DNA of 63,230 bases, filler included, from Octopus bimaculoides (taxonomy: Eukaryota), in the NCBI RefSeq assembly GCF_001194135.2. It is 6 parts of 6 records of this genome, joined end to end, with 100 filler letters (N's around TTAATTAATTAA, not from the genome) between each part and the next. Parts side by side here need not be neighbours in the genome. Positions count along the whole stretch, not along the records: positions 36,317 to 48,706 come from NC_069005.1; positions 48,807 to 54,435 come from NC_068994.1; positions 54,536 to 60,410 come from NC_068985.1; 3 more parts are not named here. One strand, written 5' to 3'. Position numbers and translations under genes: made by a program. The notes under the pieces were generated by a model. That model was not told the DNA's origin. It did not search any database and saw nothing but the letters and a program-made list of their open reading frames with translations. Of this stretch, positions 46,679 through 60,410 are shown piece by piece. The stretch's first letter is position 1. Every line of letters starts with the position of its first letter.

Positions 46679-49164
46679 AGCTGCCCACTGAACAGACAAG
46701 CAGGGGGTTGTTATTTACTGTTAACATTCCACTGCTGTTATTTGTTGATATTCAATTTCAGTGAAAGAAATATGTCAATTTTATTTTTGTTTTATTTTTA
46801 TTTTTTATGCTGAAATTTGGCATTGACAAAGTATTTTCATCACAAAAATTAAAATCATATGGAAAAAGGCAAATCAATATGAACCTTACTTATCCAAAAT
46901 TCAGTAAAGGGTTTTTTTTAAGGCTGATTTTTAAATTTTTTTTCATGTTGATTTTAAATTTTATTTCAATTTTGTTTTTTTACAGTTAGATTCTTTTTTA
47001 TAACCTTAGAAAACATTTTGTAACTTTCTAAAAAAAAAAAGTGTTTTATGAATTTAAAATTAAGTAGTGTAGGGCAGGGTTATTACCATTCAACAGTGTA
47101 GCCATATCATTGTTGTTATAAGAGAAAAGATGTACTCGTGGTTGGTTCACTTGGCGAGAGAGAAAGAGTGTGTGTGTGTGTGTGTGCGGGCGAGCGGGCG
47201 GACGCGCTACTTAAGGGGAGATAATCGCTTCGAAGTGTTTTTTTTTTTTCCCCCTCATGCTGAGAAATCATTATCAAAGACTGAAAAGAGAGCATACATT
47301 ATTTCTATATAATTCTTTTATTAAATTTTCTGGTAGTCGTGGATAGTATCACTTCACCCTCGTTCTGGGCTTCAGATGAATTAGACAATCATTTAACTAA
47401 TGGCCCAAGTTTTGAAGGTCACTCAGAGACTTTAAAAATAAAATAGTAAAGAATAGGATTACTTTTGATAAGATTCAATCTTTGATATTGGTAACCAAAA
47501 CCTGTAACTATGGAGACTATAGTTCTAGTAAGACAGCTGCAAAAGATTTTCTCAGCTAAGAATCAATAATTCTACTTTGCATTTGTCAGTCTGAAATAAG
47601 ACCTCCAACAGCTTCTATAGTTTATAGCCTGATGGGCTGAGGAAATTATGTTTAGATAATAGGCTTTGGTAAGTCGTGTATAAGGATAATGTATGGAAGT
47701 AGTGAGTTCAGCAGAAAATTTAATACTCAGGTGGTGCTAACCTGTGAATGAATTTGGTAGATGGAAACTGAAAGAAGCCCATCATGTGTGTATATATGTA
47801 TATAGCTGAGAAGGGTTCAATGTGGTTATGGGCGAAAAAGAATGATAAATGAAACTGAAGCAACAAACCAACTAAACATAAGAGGAAGGAAAACCCAGTT
47901 TCAGAGAGTTCCAAGTTCAATCCCCACTAAAGTTGGCATTTAAATAACAGCAGGAGAATATCTAGAAGTGACTACATAGGTGGTCCTGGCTTCCTTAGAA
48001 TGTTAGAAACTAAATGGCTGAAGCATTTGACAGGAGTTCTTCCTCTGAAGATTTCTCCCACTGTCTGCTTACCCAGTAGTGAATTTCCACACATTGTGTG
48101 TATATATTTGTGTCTATCAATCTTGACACTATTTGGTAGTTGTTGTCTTCATCCATATTATGGATTATTTTTTAAAAATCTACAATCAAGAGCAGTATGG
48201 ATAGCTGGAGTGAAGGAAGGAAGAGCAAGTTGTACATTACAGAAGAAAAGAGAATTAGACGCATATACACTCACATAACTATACATATAATGGCTATCTT
48301 AATATATAAATCTGAAATTGTGTGTTTGTGTGAAGCCTTTTTGAATGTTTATAGACATCCACATTTTCCACTTTTTCGTAAAATTTTTTACATCAATGGA
48401 ATTTTCTCGATCTGAACTTTCCAGTGCAGTAATTAGATTTTTTAAATTCCGTTTACTTTGTGTGATTTAAGGGAGATTTGGCTGTTGTTTCTAGCAACTT
48501 TTATATTTCATCCCTGCTACCTGGAACGCCATTCTTACACACGCGCTCAACATAAAAATATAGAGAGTAAAAGTAAAAGAGGGAGAGGGAGAGAGAGAGA
48601 GAAAGTGATACATACAACGTCATAGATTAAATTTTCATCTCAGTATTCTTTACCTATTTTTCATAACATAGATACGTAAAAACACACACAACCACACATA
48701 CACGACNNNNNNNNNNNNNNNNNNNNNNNNNNNNNNNNNNNNNNNNNNNNTTAATTAATTAANNNNNNNNNNNNNNNNNNNNNNNNNNNNNNNNNNNNNN
48801 NNNNNNATATATACAACGGGTTGCATTCAGTTTTCGTCTACCAAATCCACTCACAAAGCTTTGGTCGGCCTGAGGCTATAGCAGAAGATATTTGTCGCAG
48901 GTGTCACGCAGTGGGACTGAACCCGGAACGATGTGGTTGAGAAGCAAGCTTCTTATCACACAACCACGCCCGATGGCGGGTTTCTTTCAGTTTCCGTCGA
49001 CCAGATCCACCCAGAAGGCTTAGCTCGGCCAGAGATTAATACTAGCTAGCTCAAGGTGTCACGTAGTGGGACTGAACCCTGAACCATGTGATTGGGAAAC
49101 AAACCTCTTACCACACAGCCACGCATGCTCGGCCCGTACAAACATAAAGAACATGCGCAATGAA

Positions 49165-49540
49165 ATAGTTACACTACAGCAATGACCTCTCTGGCTCTAA
49201 TCACTTTACAGCTTACAGGTAGCATCTGTTCCTCTCCGACCAAGGCAAATCTTATCCAACTCATCCGAGGCCACCATAAAAATACTTCAAACGTATAGAA
49301 TTCTACAGGGCAGTCGAAGGCGTACAATATGTCCTGTCTGTAACTCTGTGCTCTCCGCTTCGAATCATCGACACTCGTTGCAATGTGTGCTGTTTGCTGC
49401 TCAGACATAATCGAGGCCAACTTGTGAGATGAATGTATGGCGCAATCCTCGTCGCTCGGTCGATAACCTGTGTACCATGATATTGCTCCAGCGGCGCCGA
49501 CCTGGGGAAGGGCTGTACCTCAACAACAACGTCAACGAAA
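49165..49540 (+). mobile_element. probable LINE (I/Nimb-like) 3' end
   Basis: CpG-rich segment with a CPVCNSVLS..H.L.C finger-like motif and a (CAA)n tail. A similar C*TCGSPVTCIHILR*C motif occurs at 52945-53000. Confidence 0.35.
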
Positions 49541-49588
49541 ACAACAAAACCTACTACTACTACATACATAGATACATACATACATACA

Positions 49589-49978
49589 TGTTGTTGTTGG
49601 CACTCCGTCGTTTACGACGTCGAGGGTTCCAGTTGATCCGATCAACGGAACAGCCTGCTCGTGAAATTAACGTGCAAGTGGCTGAGCACTCCACAGACAC
49701 GTGTGCCCTTAACGTAGTTCTCGGGGATATTCAGTGTGACACAGTGTGACAAGGCTGGCCCCCTTTGAATTACAGGCACAACAGAAACAGGGAGTAAGAG
49801 TGAAAGAAAGTTGTGGTGGAAGAGTACAGCAGGGTTCGCCACCATCCCCTGCCGGAGCCTCGTGGAGCTTTAGGTGTTTTTGCTTAATAAACACTCACAA
49901 CGTCCGGTCTGGGAATCGAAACCGCGATCCTATGACCGCGAGTCCACTGCCTTAACCACTGGGCCATTGCGCCTCCAC
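49589..49978 (-). mobile_element. SINE family D, full length
   Basis: Near-identical to 12453-12818. Confidence 0.9.
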
Positions 49979-50319
49979 ATACATACATACATAGATACAT
50001 ACATACATACATACATACAAACATACATACATACATACATACATGCATGCATATATACATTGTCACCAATAAACAATTGGGTCTTTTCTTAACAACCCTC
50101 ACCTGAGGTGAAACAGCATCAACAACAACAGCAACACCCTTCGTTGTTGACATCTTCCACCCACGCCTTCCTCCGCATTCACACTACCACCAACGCCACC
50201 ACAATCATCACTCAACAACAGCAACAACAATAACGCGATTCAGAAATCATGTCTACTTCAAAATGTCCTTTCAAAGTGGACACCATCTCGATGGTCAATG
50301 ATGGCCACTCTCTTAAGTT

Positions 50320-51000
50320 GACGTATATTGTAATGGTGGTGGTGGTGGTGGTAGTGGTGGTGGTAGTGGTTGGAGTGGTTGAGCAGTGTTCATTGTAGTG
50401 GAGGTGATGGTGGTGGTCCGAGTGTTTGAGTGGTGATGATGGTAGTAGAGGGGGGGTGGCAGTATTGGTGATGGTTGCAGTGGTGGTAGTTGTGGTGGTG
50501 GTGGTGATAGTGGTTGGAGTGGCTGAGCAGTGATAATGGCAGTGGAGGTGGTGGAGGTGGTAGTGCTGGTGATGGTGATGGTGGTGATGGTGGTAGTGGT
50601 GGTAGCGGTGGGTGTAGTTGTGGTGGTGGTGGTGATGGGAGTGGTTGAGCAGTGGTGATGGCAGTGTAGGTGGTGATGCTGCTGATGGTGGTAGTAGTGG
50701 TTGGAGTGGGAGTAATTGTGCTGGGGTTAGTGGTGGTGGTGGTTGGAGTGTTTGAGCAGGGATGATGGTAGTGGAGGTGATGGTGGCGGTTGTGGTAATA
50801 GTGACAGTGGCGGTGATAGTGGTGGTGATGGTAGTGGTGCAGGGATGGTAGTGGTGGTGATACTGGTGATGGTGGTAGCGGTGGTGAATGGTAGTGGTGT
50901 TGGCTGTTATAAGGATGATAGTAGTGTTAGCAGTAGTAGTGATGGTGGTGGCGGTGTTGGTGGTAGTGGTGGTGATGGGAGTGGTGGTTAGTGTTCTAGT
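50320..51000 (+). repeat. (GGT)-rich low-complexity tract with ~120-140-bp higher-order periodicity
   Basis: The motif ggttggagtggttgagcagtg recurs at ~50369, 50512, 50633 and 50742. Confidence 0.75.
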
Positions 51001-51371
51001 TACGTGTTGTTTTAGTTAGTGAGTTGATGGTTAAGAATGGCGTGAATAGNNNNNNNNNNNNNNNNNNNNNNNNNNNNNNNNNNNNNNNNNNNNNNNNNNN
51101 NNNNNNNNNNNNNNNNNNNNNNNNNNNNNNNNNNNNNNNNNNNNNNNNNNNNNNNNNNNNNNNNNNNNNNNNNNNNNNNNNNNNNNNNNNNNNNNNNNNN
51201 NNNNNNNNNNNNNNNNNNNNNNNNNNNNNNNNNNNNNNNNNNNNNNNNNNNNNNNNNNNNNNNNNNNNNNNNNNNNNNNNNNNNNNNNNNNNNNNNNNNN
51301 NNNNNNNNNNNNNNNNNNNNNNNNNNNNNNNNNNNNNNNNNNNNNNNNNNNNNNNNCAATAGCAGTACTTC

Positions 51372-51545
51372 TTGTGGCTGATGATGATGATGATGATGAT
51401 AATAATAATGATGATGATGATGATGACGAAGATGACGCTGTTGATGATGATAATGATGATGATGATGATAACGACGATGATGATGACGATGATGATGACG
51501 ATGATAATGTTTATGATCGTGGTGAAGATGATAACGAGCATGTTT

Positions 51546-51593
<48 letters not shown>

Positions 51594-51657
51594 GTGATTG
51601 TGATGGTGAGGTTTGTGATGCCGGCTGCTCGACCAAGGTTAATCTGCTTCGTAGCGG

Positions 51658-51689
<32 letters not shown>

Positions 51690-52022
51690 GTTTAGAGGAC
51701 ATGGAAGTGTTGGGGGGATGGGGGTGGGTACGTAGCACACATGTGAAGTGGCTCTCTGTAACTCTTTTTTCAACATCAACCATAACAACAATAACAACAG
51801 CAACACTAACATCGCCACCACCACCACCAACAACAACAACAACGACAACAACAACAACGACAACAACAACAACGACAACAACAACAACAACGACAACACT
51901 AAAGAATATAATCATTATCTCTGACGTCATTCTCGTTGCTGTTTCTTTTCTGATTCCTCCACCTCCTCCATCCTTCTCCGCCTCCTTCACCTCCTCCACT
52001 CCTCCTCCTCCTCTTACTATTA
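51372..52022. repeat. compound trinucleotide microsatellite cluster (GAT, CAA, CCT)
   Basis: Directly visible, and flanked by assembly gaps. Confidence 0.95.
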
Positions 52023-53639
52023 NNNNNNNNNNNNNNNNNNNNNNNNNNNNNNNNNNNNNNNNNNNNNNNNNNNNNNNNNNNNNNNNNNNNNNNNNNNNNN
52101 NNNNNNNNNNNNNNNNNNNNNNNNNNNNNNNNNNNNNNNNNNNNNNNNNNNNNNNNNNNNNNNNNNNNNNNNNNNNNNNNNNNNNNNNNNNNNNNNNNNN
52201 NNNNNNNNNNNNNNNNNNNNNNNNNNNNNNNNNNNNNNNNNNNNNNNNNNNNNNNNNNNNNNNNNNNNNNNNNNNNNNNNNNNNNNNNNNNNNNNNNNNN
52301 NNNNNNNNNNNNNNNNNNNNNNNNNNNNNNNNNNNNNNNNNNNNNNNNNNNNNNNNNNNNNNNNNNNNNNNNNNNNNNNNNNNNNNNNNNNNNNNNNNNN
52401 NNNNNNNNNNNNNNNNNNNNNNNNNNNNNNNNNNNNNNNNNNNNNNNNNNNNNNNNNNNNNNNNNNNNNNNNNNNNNNNNNNNNNNNNNNNNNNNNNNNN
52501 NNNNNNNNNNNNNNNNNNNNNNNNNNNNNNNNNNNNNNNNNNNNNNNNNNNNNNNNNNNNNNNNNNNNNNNNNNNNNNNNNNNNNNNNNNNNNNNNNNNN
52601 NNNNNNNNNNNNNNNNNNNNNNNNNNNNNNNNNNNNNNNNNNNNNNNNNNNNNNNNNNNNNNNNNNNNNNNNNNNNNNNNNNNNNNNNNNNNNNNNNNNN
52701 NNNNNNNNNNNNNNNNNNNNNNNNNNNNNNNNNNNNNNNNNNNNNNNNNNNNNNNNNNNNNNNNNNNNNNNNNNNNNNNNNNNNNNNNNNNNNNNNNNNN
52801 NNNNNNNNNNNNNNNNNNNNNNNNNNNNNNNNNNNNNNNNNNNNNNNNNNNNNNNNNNNNNNNNNNNNNNNNNNNNNNNNNNNNNNNNNTACTCTTCATT
52901 CGCTGTTGAGGTGTAGAGGTCATGTCCGGATTTTCGGTGGGAATACATGTTAAACATGTGGTTCCCCGGTCACATGCATACACATTTTGAGATAGTGTGA
53001 TCCGTAGCAGCTCATCTTGCCGTCGATTGTCGACTTTCGCAGAGGATTCGCGGACCAAATCACCGCCGATTATCGGAGCAGGCGTTGCCCGGGTTTCAAG
53101 CGGATTCTGGAGACATGCTTTGACAAAAGCTCAAGGACACAACGCGCCTCCCCACAAATTTCAGGCTTCGTCCTCTTAGTAGAAAGGATCTTCATCATCA
53201 TCATCATCATCATCACCATCATTACCATCATTATTCTGTTTGTTTTCAAGTGAGAGATTAGGAGTGATATGAAAGCTAGTGACGCCTGTCCACGTGACCA
53301 TCCCCATCAAGCTGCATGAGCGCCATACTGAAAACTACTACCTTTTTGTTTTTGTTTTTGTTTTTGCTAAGCATCGCCACTGCATCCTACACTGCAACCT
53401 TGAAACTAAAAGAATCACTTCGGTGTTCCAGAACTATCATTATACCATACGGAATCTTGACTGATAAATTCTGCTAGCAAAAACAGGATGCTGATAAAAA
53501 ACATGACTTCCTGCTAATCAGACCATTCGATAGATAAATGACAATTTCCGTTTTCTCAGAAGTAGCAGAAACAATCCGTTGAGCAGAAAAAATTAAAACT
53601 AATCACTAACATCTAATGCGTCTGGTTGTATGTAGTTGG

Positions 53640-54223
53640 TGTGGAGGCGCAATGGCCCAGTGGTTAAGGCAGCGAACTCGCGGTCGTAGGATCGCGGTTT
53701 CGATTCCCGGTCCGGGCGTTTTGAGTGTTTATTGAGCGAAAACACCTAAAGTTCCACGAGGCTCCAGTAGGGTGGGGTGGCGAACCTTGTTGTATTTTTT
53801 CACCACAACTTTCTCTCACTTTTTCTTCCTGTTTCTGTTGTGCCTGTATTTCAAAGGGCCAGCCTTCTCACACTCTGTGTTACGTTGAATCTCCCGAGAA
53901 CTACGTTAAGGGTGCACGTGTCTGTGGAGTGCTCAGCCACTTGCACGTTAATTTCACGAGCAGGCTCTTCCGTTGAAGGGATCAACTGGAACCCTCGTCA
54001 TCGTAACAAACGGAGTGCCACTCTTTCATCCTGTTTCTGTTATACCTGTATTTCAAAGGGCCAGACTTGTCACGCTCTGCCTCTCGCTGAATCTTCCCTA
54101 GGACTACGTTAAGGGTACACGTGTCTGTGGAGTGCTCAGCCACTTGCACGTTGATTTCACGAGCAGGCTGTTCCGTTGATCGAATCAACTGGAACCCTTG
54201 TCGTCGTAACCGACGGAGTGCCA
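53640..54223 (+). mobile_element. SINE family D with tandemly duplicated 3' half
   Basis: The first copy ends cggagtgcca at 54020, and the 3' ~200 nt is repeated at 54021-54223. Confidence 0.85.
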
Positions 54224-54602
54224 CGATGTGGTTGGTATATAACGAGTCGTTTGGGCTTAACCTGAAGTATTCTATCAAATGAAGATTTAAGAAATTTGAA
54301 AATCAAATAATGCGATTAAATTAAAAACAAAACAAAAATTACATTATTATCAATTTTGTTCTTCCTTTTAAATTTTCGCTCTCAAAGGAAATTTTTTTCT
54401 AAGTGAAGTCATCGGAAAATTTTAGAAGAATGGAANNNNNNNNNNNNNNNNNNNNNNNNNNNNNNNNNNNNNNNNNNNNTTAATTAATTAANNNNNNNNN
54501 NNNNNNNNNNNNNNNNNNNNNNNNNNNNNNNNNNNATGGTAGTCTGACCTTAGAGTCCCTCATAGCATGAGGCATTATTGTATAGTAATGCCCTTATATA
54601 AA

Positions 54603-54647
<45 letters not shown>

Positions 54648-54699
54648 ACTTCCTCAACTTCACATAGCATATTATTGATAGAGCCTCTTCCTACTCACT

Positions 54700-55130
54700 T
54701 GGAGCTCATAATTACCAGCCCTGCTTCCCTGAGAAATTGCACATACACCGCCAATCTGCAATATCGATTAATAGCATAACTGATCCATCTTATTGTTTCT
54801 ACCAGAGGTACATCCTGTAAATCTACTTCTAACCATTGGCTGCTAATAACCTGAAATGGCAGGGTATATAAATTTCTGTTACCTGTAAAGATAAGAGCCC
54901 ACTATCATTCATTCTGGTCATGCTAGCTCATATGTAACCTGATACCATCATACCGAGTTACCTGTCCACATTGTAACTGTTGTCAGTGAAATAGGAGACT
55001 CTACAGAATGATAACTAATGAATGCCAACATCTTGTCTGTTCTGTGACTTGTAACATCCAATGTAAAGACCTGATGTTGCTGAAATATCAAACCCTTCAG
55101 AATTGTAATTAACTAATGCCCACATCCTGC
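54700..55130 (-). pseudogene. possible decayed WSC + F5/8 type C (discoidin) coding relic
   Basis: Minus-strand motifs in the expected order: YIGCYK (55048-55065), QCG, TRMNDSG, SQWLEVDL (54818-54838) and WISYAI. They are interrupted by stops and frameshifts. Confidence 0.35.
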
Positions 55131-55409
55131 CTTCTTTACTATGTTCTGCTTTCAGTAAAAGAATCGATGTTATGGTAACCAAAACAGCCATGTTACCTGG
55201 TTAGGGTATTTAACTCACTGGTCGTAAGGTTGGGAGTTCGATTTCCAGCTGTACGTTGTGTCCTTGAGCAAGACACTTTATTTCACATTTTCTATTCCAC
55301 TCAGCTGATGAAAATGAGTAGTACCTGTATTTCAAAAGGCCAGCCTTGTCACATTCTGTTTCACACTGATGTTAAACGTATACGTGTCTGTGGAGTGACC
55401 TGCCATGTG

Positions 55410-55642
55410 TTATTTCTTTACTGCCCACAAGGGGCTAAACACAGAGGGGACAAACAAGGACAGACAAACGGATTAAGTCGATTATATCGACCCCAGTGCG
55501 TAACTGGTACTTATTTAATCGACCCCGAAAGGATGAAAGGCAAAGTCGACCTCGGCAGAATTTGAACTCAGAACGTAGCGGCAGACGAAATATCGCTAAG
55601 CATTTTGCCCGGCGTGCTAACGTCTCTGCCAGCTCGCTGCCT
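55410..55642 (-). mobile_element. SINE family B, well preserved
   Basis: Head, Nin/Deu-like body and linker as in 31490-31678. Confidence 0.85.
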
Positions 55643-55747
55643 TCAGATCTGCCATGTGTGCATTGATTTCACTATCAGGCTGTTTGTTGATCAGATCAAG
55701 TGGAACTCTCATCGTCATAACCAGCAGAATGCCAGTTACACACACGC

Positions 55748-55797
<50 letters not shown>

Positions 55798-56510
55798 TGA
55801 TTTTACTCTTAGCTGACTTTTTGCTTATATTATATTATCATCAAAGGTCACCTCCAATGTTATTGCGATGTAACACAGGGAACAGTTATATCAGAAGCTC
55901 AATTAACATAGGCACTTACGTACATACAAACATACATATATACATACATAGTGCATGTGCAGATGTGTGTGTGTGTGTAGTTCAAAATGTGTAAGCACGT
56001 GTTTATATTTATTAGTGAATGTTTGTTAGTGTACATGGTACATCTCAATTTATATTCCACCCATTGGACCCCGCTCTGCCCCATATACAGAAAACACATT
56101 AATATTTGAAACAAGAGGAACATTTTCTATCAAGAAGTAAAAGAAAAGAAAAAAAATTATAAAAATTAAAATGGATAAATAATAACGATAAAAAAAATAA
56201 GATAATTCTGGAAAGTTTCCCAAAATGATTTAAAGACAGAACTACCATTAAACAGTGGTAATTCCCACAACTGATCTCTTTTGTTTGTTATCGATTCAAT
56301 ATCTAAAATATTTGTTCTGATTTCTCTGTTGGATGGATACATCATTTTATTTATTTTTAGTCTTTAATGAATTCTTTGGAATATTTCCTTTGCCTAGACA
56401 TCAATTTCTATTTAGAGGCATTTGTTATGTTAAGGAATGTTGAGGGAACTCACCTTCACTGTGAGCTACCCAACATCACCACTACCACTAGCACACATAC
56501 CATCATACAC

Positions 56511-56555
<45 letters not shown>

Positions 56556-57387
56556 CACCAGCTACCACCACTATGACCACCACCACAATTGCCACTGTTG
56601 CCATCAACACTACCATGCACTCACCAATAGCTACCACCACAACCATCACTACCACCACAACCATCACTACTACCATTGCTGCTGCTGTCTTTGATTCTGC
56701 CTTTACTGCTACCACCACAATCACCACCACCACCACCACCACCTCTACCACTTCCACCATCACCTTCACCCAACATCACTACAACCACTGCCACTACCAA
56801 TACCACCACCACTGCTGCTAACTCCATTGCCAGTGCTGCCACTGCTAGCACCACCACCACCACTGTTCTGAAAGGTCTACTCAAACAAATTGACCCTTGT
56901 ACATATTTTGTAAAGTCTGGTACTTAATCTACTGGTCTCTTTTGCTGAACTGTTGAGTGACAGGGATGTAAACAAACCAACACAGTGACACACACACACA
57001 CACACGCAGTGGTAGTTTACATCAACCTAATTCACTCGTAAGGCATTAGATGGCCCACGATACTGCAATGTGGGGGCTGAACCTGAAAGAAAATAGTCAC
57101 AAAGTGAGCTTCTTAATCACAAAGCCATGCCTGCCACACTTGTCAGGTTACAATGATGAAGCCTACCTCCCATGGTACCTATTTACAGTAGAGTTGTCTT
57201 TATTACTTCACCAGTTTGAGATAAATATAGAAGTATATGAAAAGGTAGATTTGTGTATCATCTAGTGATATGAACTTTTGATGTTTCTGTATGTTAACAG
57301 CTAGTGTCAACTTTGCCTTTAATCCTTCTAGAATTGATAAAAGATACCAGTCACATACTATGTTGTAGTCTAAGCTAGTTGTTTCTC

Positions 57388-57615
57388 AGTAACCATACAT
57401 ACCACAGTCTGAATCATTATGACCATATGTATGACAGTTTGTATTTCTATGACCATACACACCACCATGTGTATCTTTGTGGCCATACATATTACAATCT
57501 GTGCCTCTGTGGCTATACACACTACAGTCTGTGATCATACATACCACCATATGTATTTTTGTGACCATGCATACTACAGTCTCTGTCTTTGTGACCATAC
57601 ATACTGGAGTCTGTA
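57388..57615. repeat. 30-bp minisatellite (gtgaccatacatactacagtctgtatcttt consensus)
   Basis: About 7-8 diverged units. The ORF track shows 10-aa periodicity here. Confidence 0.8.
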
Positions 57616-58654
57616 CCTTTCATATTCGCATGTCATACCTTTCTTTCTATAGTAACATTAGATGTTGTTCATACACATTGGTATAACAAATGTAGCTATA
57701 AATATCCCAGAAGGAAATTATTAGTTTTTCCAATCACACTTCATAAACATTAACACATTGTTGCCGTGAAAAGTAGCTCAGAGAGAGAAAGAGAGAGAGA
57801 GTATATGTATGTATGTATTGTACTGTACTGTTCCCTTTACAAAGCTATAAAATGGTTTTCCAGTTTACCTAATTACAATAAGAATGTGAATTGGATGGAA
57901 TAATTTTATGGAAATAATGATGTAGCAATTGAGTCATCACCTGGAACTGAAACTATTCACTTCTTTGTTTTGATTAGTGTTTGTGTTGCTGCTGTTTTTG
58001 TTGATCTTGTAGCTGCTACTGTTGTTGCTATTGTTATTGTTGTTGTTGTTGTTTACTGCTGTGTTCTGTTGTTTCTTATACCACTGGGAATTTTATTGCA
58101 GATATTTCTCAAGGTGGTGAGCTGGTAGAATTGTTAGTGGTGTTTTTTTCTGACTCTCTATGTTTGTTCAGAGTTCAAATTCCACTGAAGTTGACGTTGC
58201 CTTTCACCATTTCAGGGTCAATGAAATAAAAAGCACTAGAAGATGTAATTAATTATCACCCTCCCATAGATGCAAGCATGGCTCTGTGCTTAAGAAGCTT
58301 GCTTCTCAACCATGTAGTTTTGGGTTCAGTCCACTGTGCAGTACCTTGGGCAAGTGTCTCCGGGCTGACCAATGCCTCGTGAGTGTATTTTGTCAACAGA
58401 AATTGTGTGGAAGACCATTGTCTTTGTGCATGTGTCATTGCATCTGTATTCTTTCCACCCCCACCACTGCTTGAGAACTGGTGTTGGTTTGTTTACACCC
58501 CCATAATTTGGTGACAGGGTCGATTTGTTTGACTAAAACTCTTCAAAGCAGTTGCCCCAGCATGACGGCAGACCAATGGCTACAAGTAAATGGTAAAAGA
58601 TGAAGGAAATATTTCTATATATTTGGATTGAGACAATTGGGGGAGATTAAGGAT

Positions 58655-58925
58655 AGAAACTGAGTACTGGAGCTGTTCTTGTGCTGGTTGATCTGATACT
58701 GAATACTGAGTGGTCTAAGATTGAACACTGAGGTGGTCAGAGCTGAGTATTCAATAGTATGAGTTTTAAATACTGAGTAGTTTGAGAGAGAATCTTAGGT
58801 GGTTTGAGGCCAAGTACTGAGTGGTTTGAGGCTGAGCATTGGATGATTTGAGACTGAGCACTGTGTGATATGGAACTGAGTACTGGGTGATCCGGGACTG
58901 AATACTGGGTAGTTTAATGCTGAGC
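58655..58925. repeat. ~21-bp degenerate minisatellite (actgagtactgggtggtttg)
   Basis: About 12 diverged units. Confidence 0.7.
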
Positions 58926-60260
58926 TACAACAGACGTCTATACAGTTTCCATTTACATTCAGTTTGACTCACAAGGTATGGGTTAGCCTGAAGCTATAGA
59001 AAATGATATTCGTCCAAGATGCTTCCCAGTGAGATCAAACCTGGGTTCTTGTGAATGTGAAGCAAACTCCTTAACCATTTGGCTAAATTTTTTTTTTATT
59101 CTTCTACTTTTTCTGATATTGCGCTGTGGCCATGCTGGGTTCTGCCTTGAAGTTTTTAATTGAGGAAATCAAGCTTCTTCACTGTTCATTTTAAGTCTGG
59201 TAGCTGATTTTGTTGACCTCTTTTTGCCAAGCTGGTAAGTTAAGAGACATAAGCAAAGCAACACCAGTTATCAAGTAGTGGGGAACAAACACATACATGT
59301 TCTCATACATCTCACTCTCCCTCTCTTTCTCTCTTTCTCTTCACATACATATATGTTAGCTTTGTGCAGTTTTCATTTCCCAGATTTACTCACAAGGCAT
59401 TGGTTGGTGCAGGGCTATAGCAGAAGACACTTTTCCAAAGTGTCACACAGTGGAACTGGACTCTGAACCCATGTGGTTGTGAAGAAAAATAAGCCTATTA
59501 ACCACAAAGCAATGCCTGTATCTACATCTTTACATTAGTTTATGGAAGGGAACAAATGATTTAACTTTTATTTCTTATGCCATGTCTTTGTAAAACAACA
59601 AACATACAAAACTTAAAAACAATCTTTGTGTTGTGTGGATTCTTTTGATAATTGAAGCGGTGAGGGTAGTCACTGAAAAAGGAACCAGCTGCCAATATTT
59701 ACCTAATTAATGTTCTAAAGTAACGACTATCTGTGTTAAGGAGAGTTAAATTAGCATATTTATATTTTGTTCCCACATTTATCCAATAGGTTAGTGAAGT
59801 GTAGGTTCTGGTTTGGCTGCTCTTTGCAGTAGCAAAATCAATATTCTACCCAAATTCCTGCTTTATTACAAATAGTGGCTGCCTTATATGAAATCTCACA
59901 TTTGCTTGTTTTATACAAAAATACAAAACTCCTCTCTCTTATTCAATATGGTCCTCTTTTATACAATACTCTCCTTTTTTTTTTTAATATATATATATAA
60001 TACTCTTCTCTGCTATACAATACTCCTCTTATTTATATTCAATACTCTTCTTTGTTGGGAAATAATACTCCTCTGCTATTCTTATTTCTTATTATTTTAT
60101 CAGTTTTCATTTGTAAATAAAAGTGATATGAAAGAAAAAGCAAAACAACCACTGTCGAATTAGAAATAATAGTTTTGAAAATGTTTGAAAAAAAAAAATT
60201 ATATTTAATATATAATGATTTCATATTATATCATTTAAAAAATATGTTTTATAACATATA

Positions 60261-60299
<39 letters not shown>

Positions 60300-60300
<1 letters not shown>

Positions 60301-60410
60301 TCAAAATATAACTCTCAGTAAGAGACAACCTAAAAACTTGAAAAAACTATTAACAAAGGCAAGGTTTGACCTCAGCAACAAAAATCAAACATTCACTGTA
60401 TCCAAATGCA
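60300..60410 (+). mobile_element. Penelope-like fragment (RT-endonuclease linker)
   Basis: LSKRQPKNLKKLLTKARF...TFTVSKC is homologous to LSKRQPHNLKKLLTKAKF...TFTLSKC in the 10120-11290 element. Confidence 0.8.

Noticed and set aside
47150-47230. CpG/GC-box-like patch as a promoter (also 35250-35330)
   Set aside because: It is suggestive in an AT-rich genome, but no linked first exon or core promoter element could be supported.
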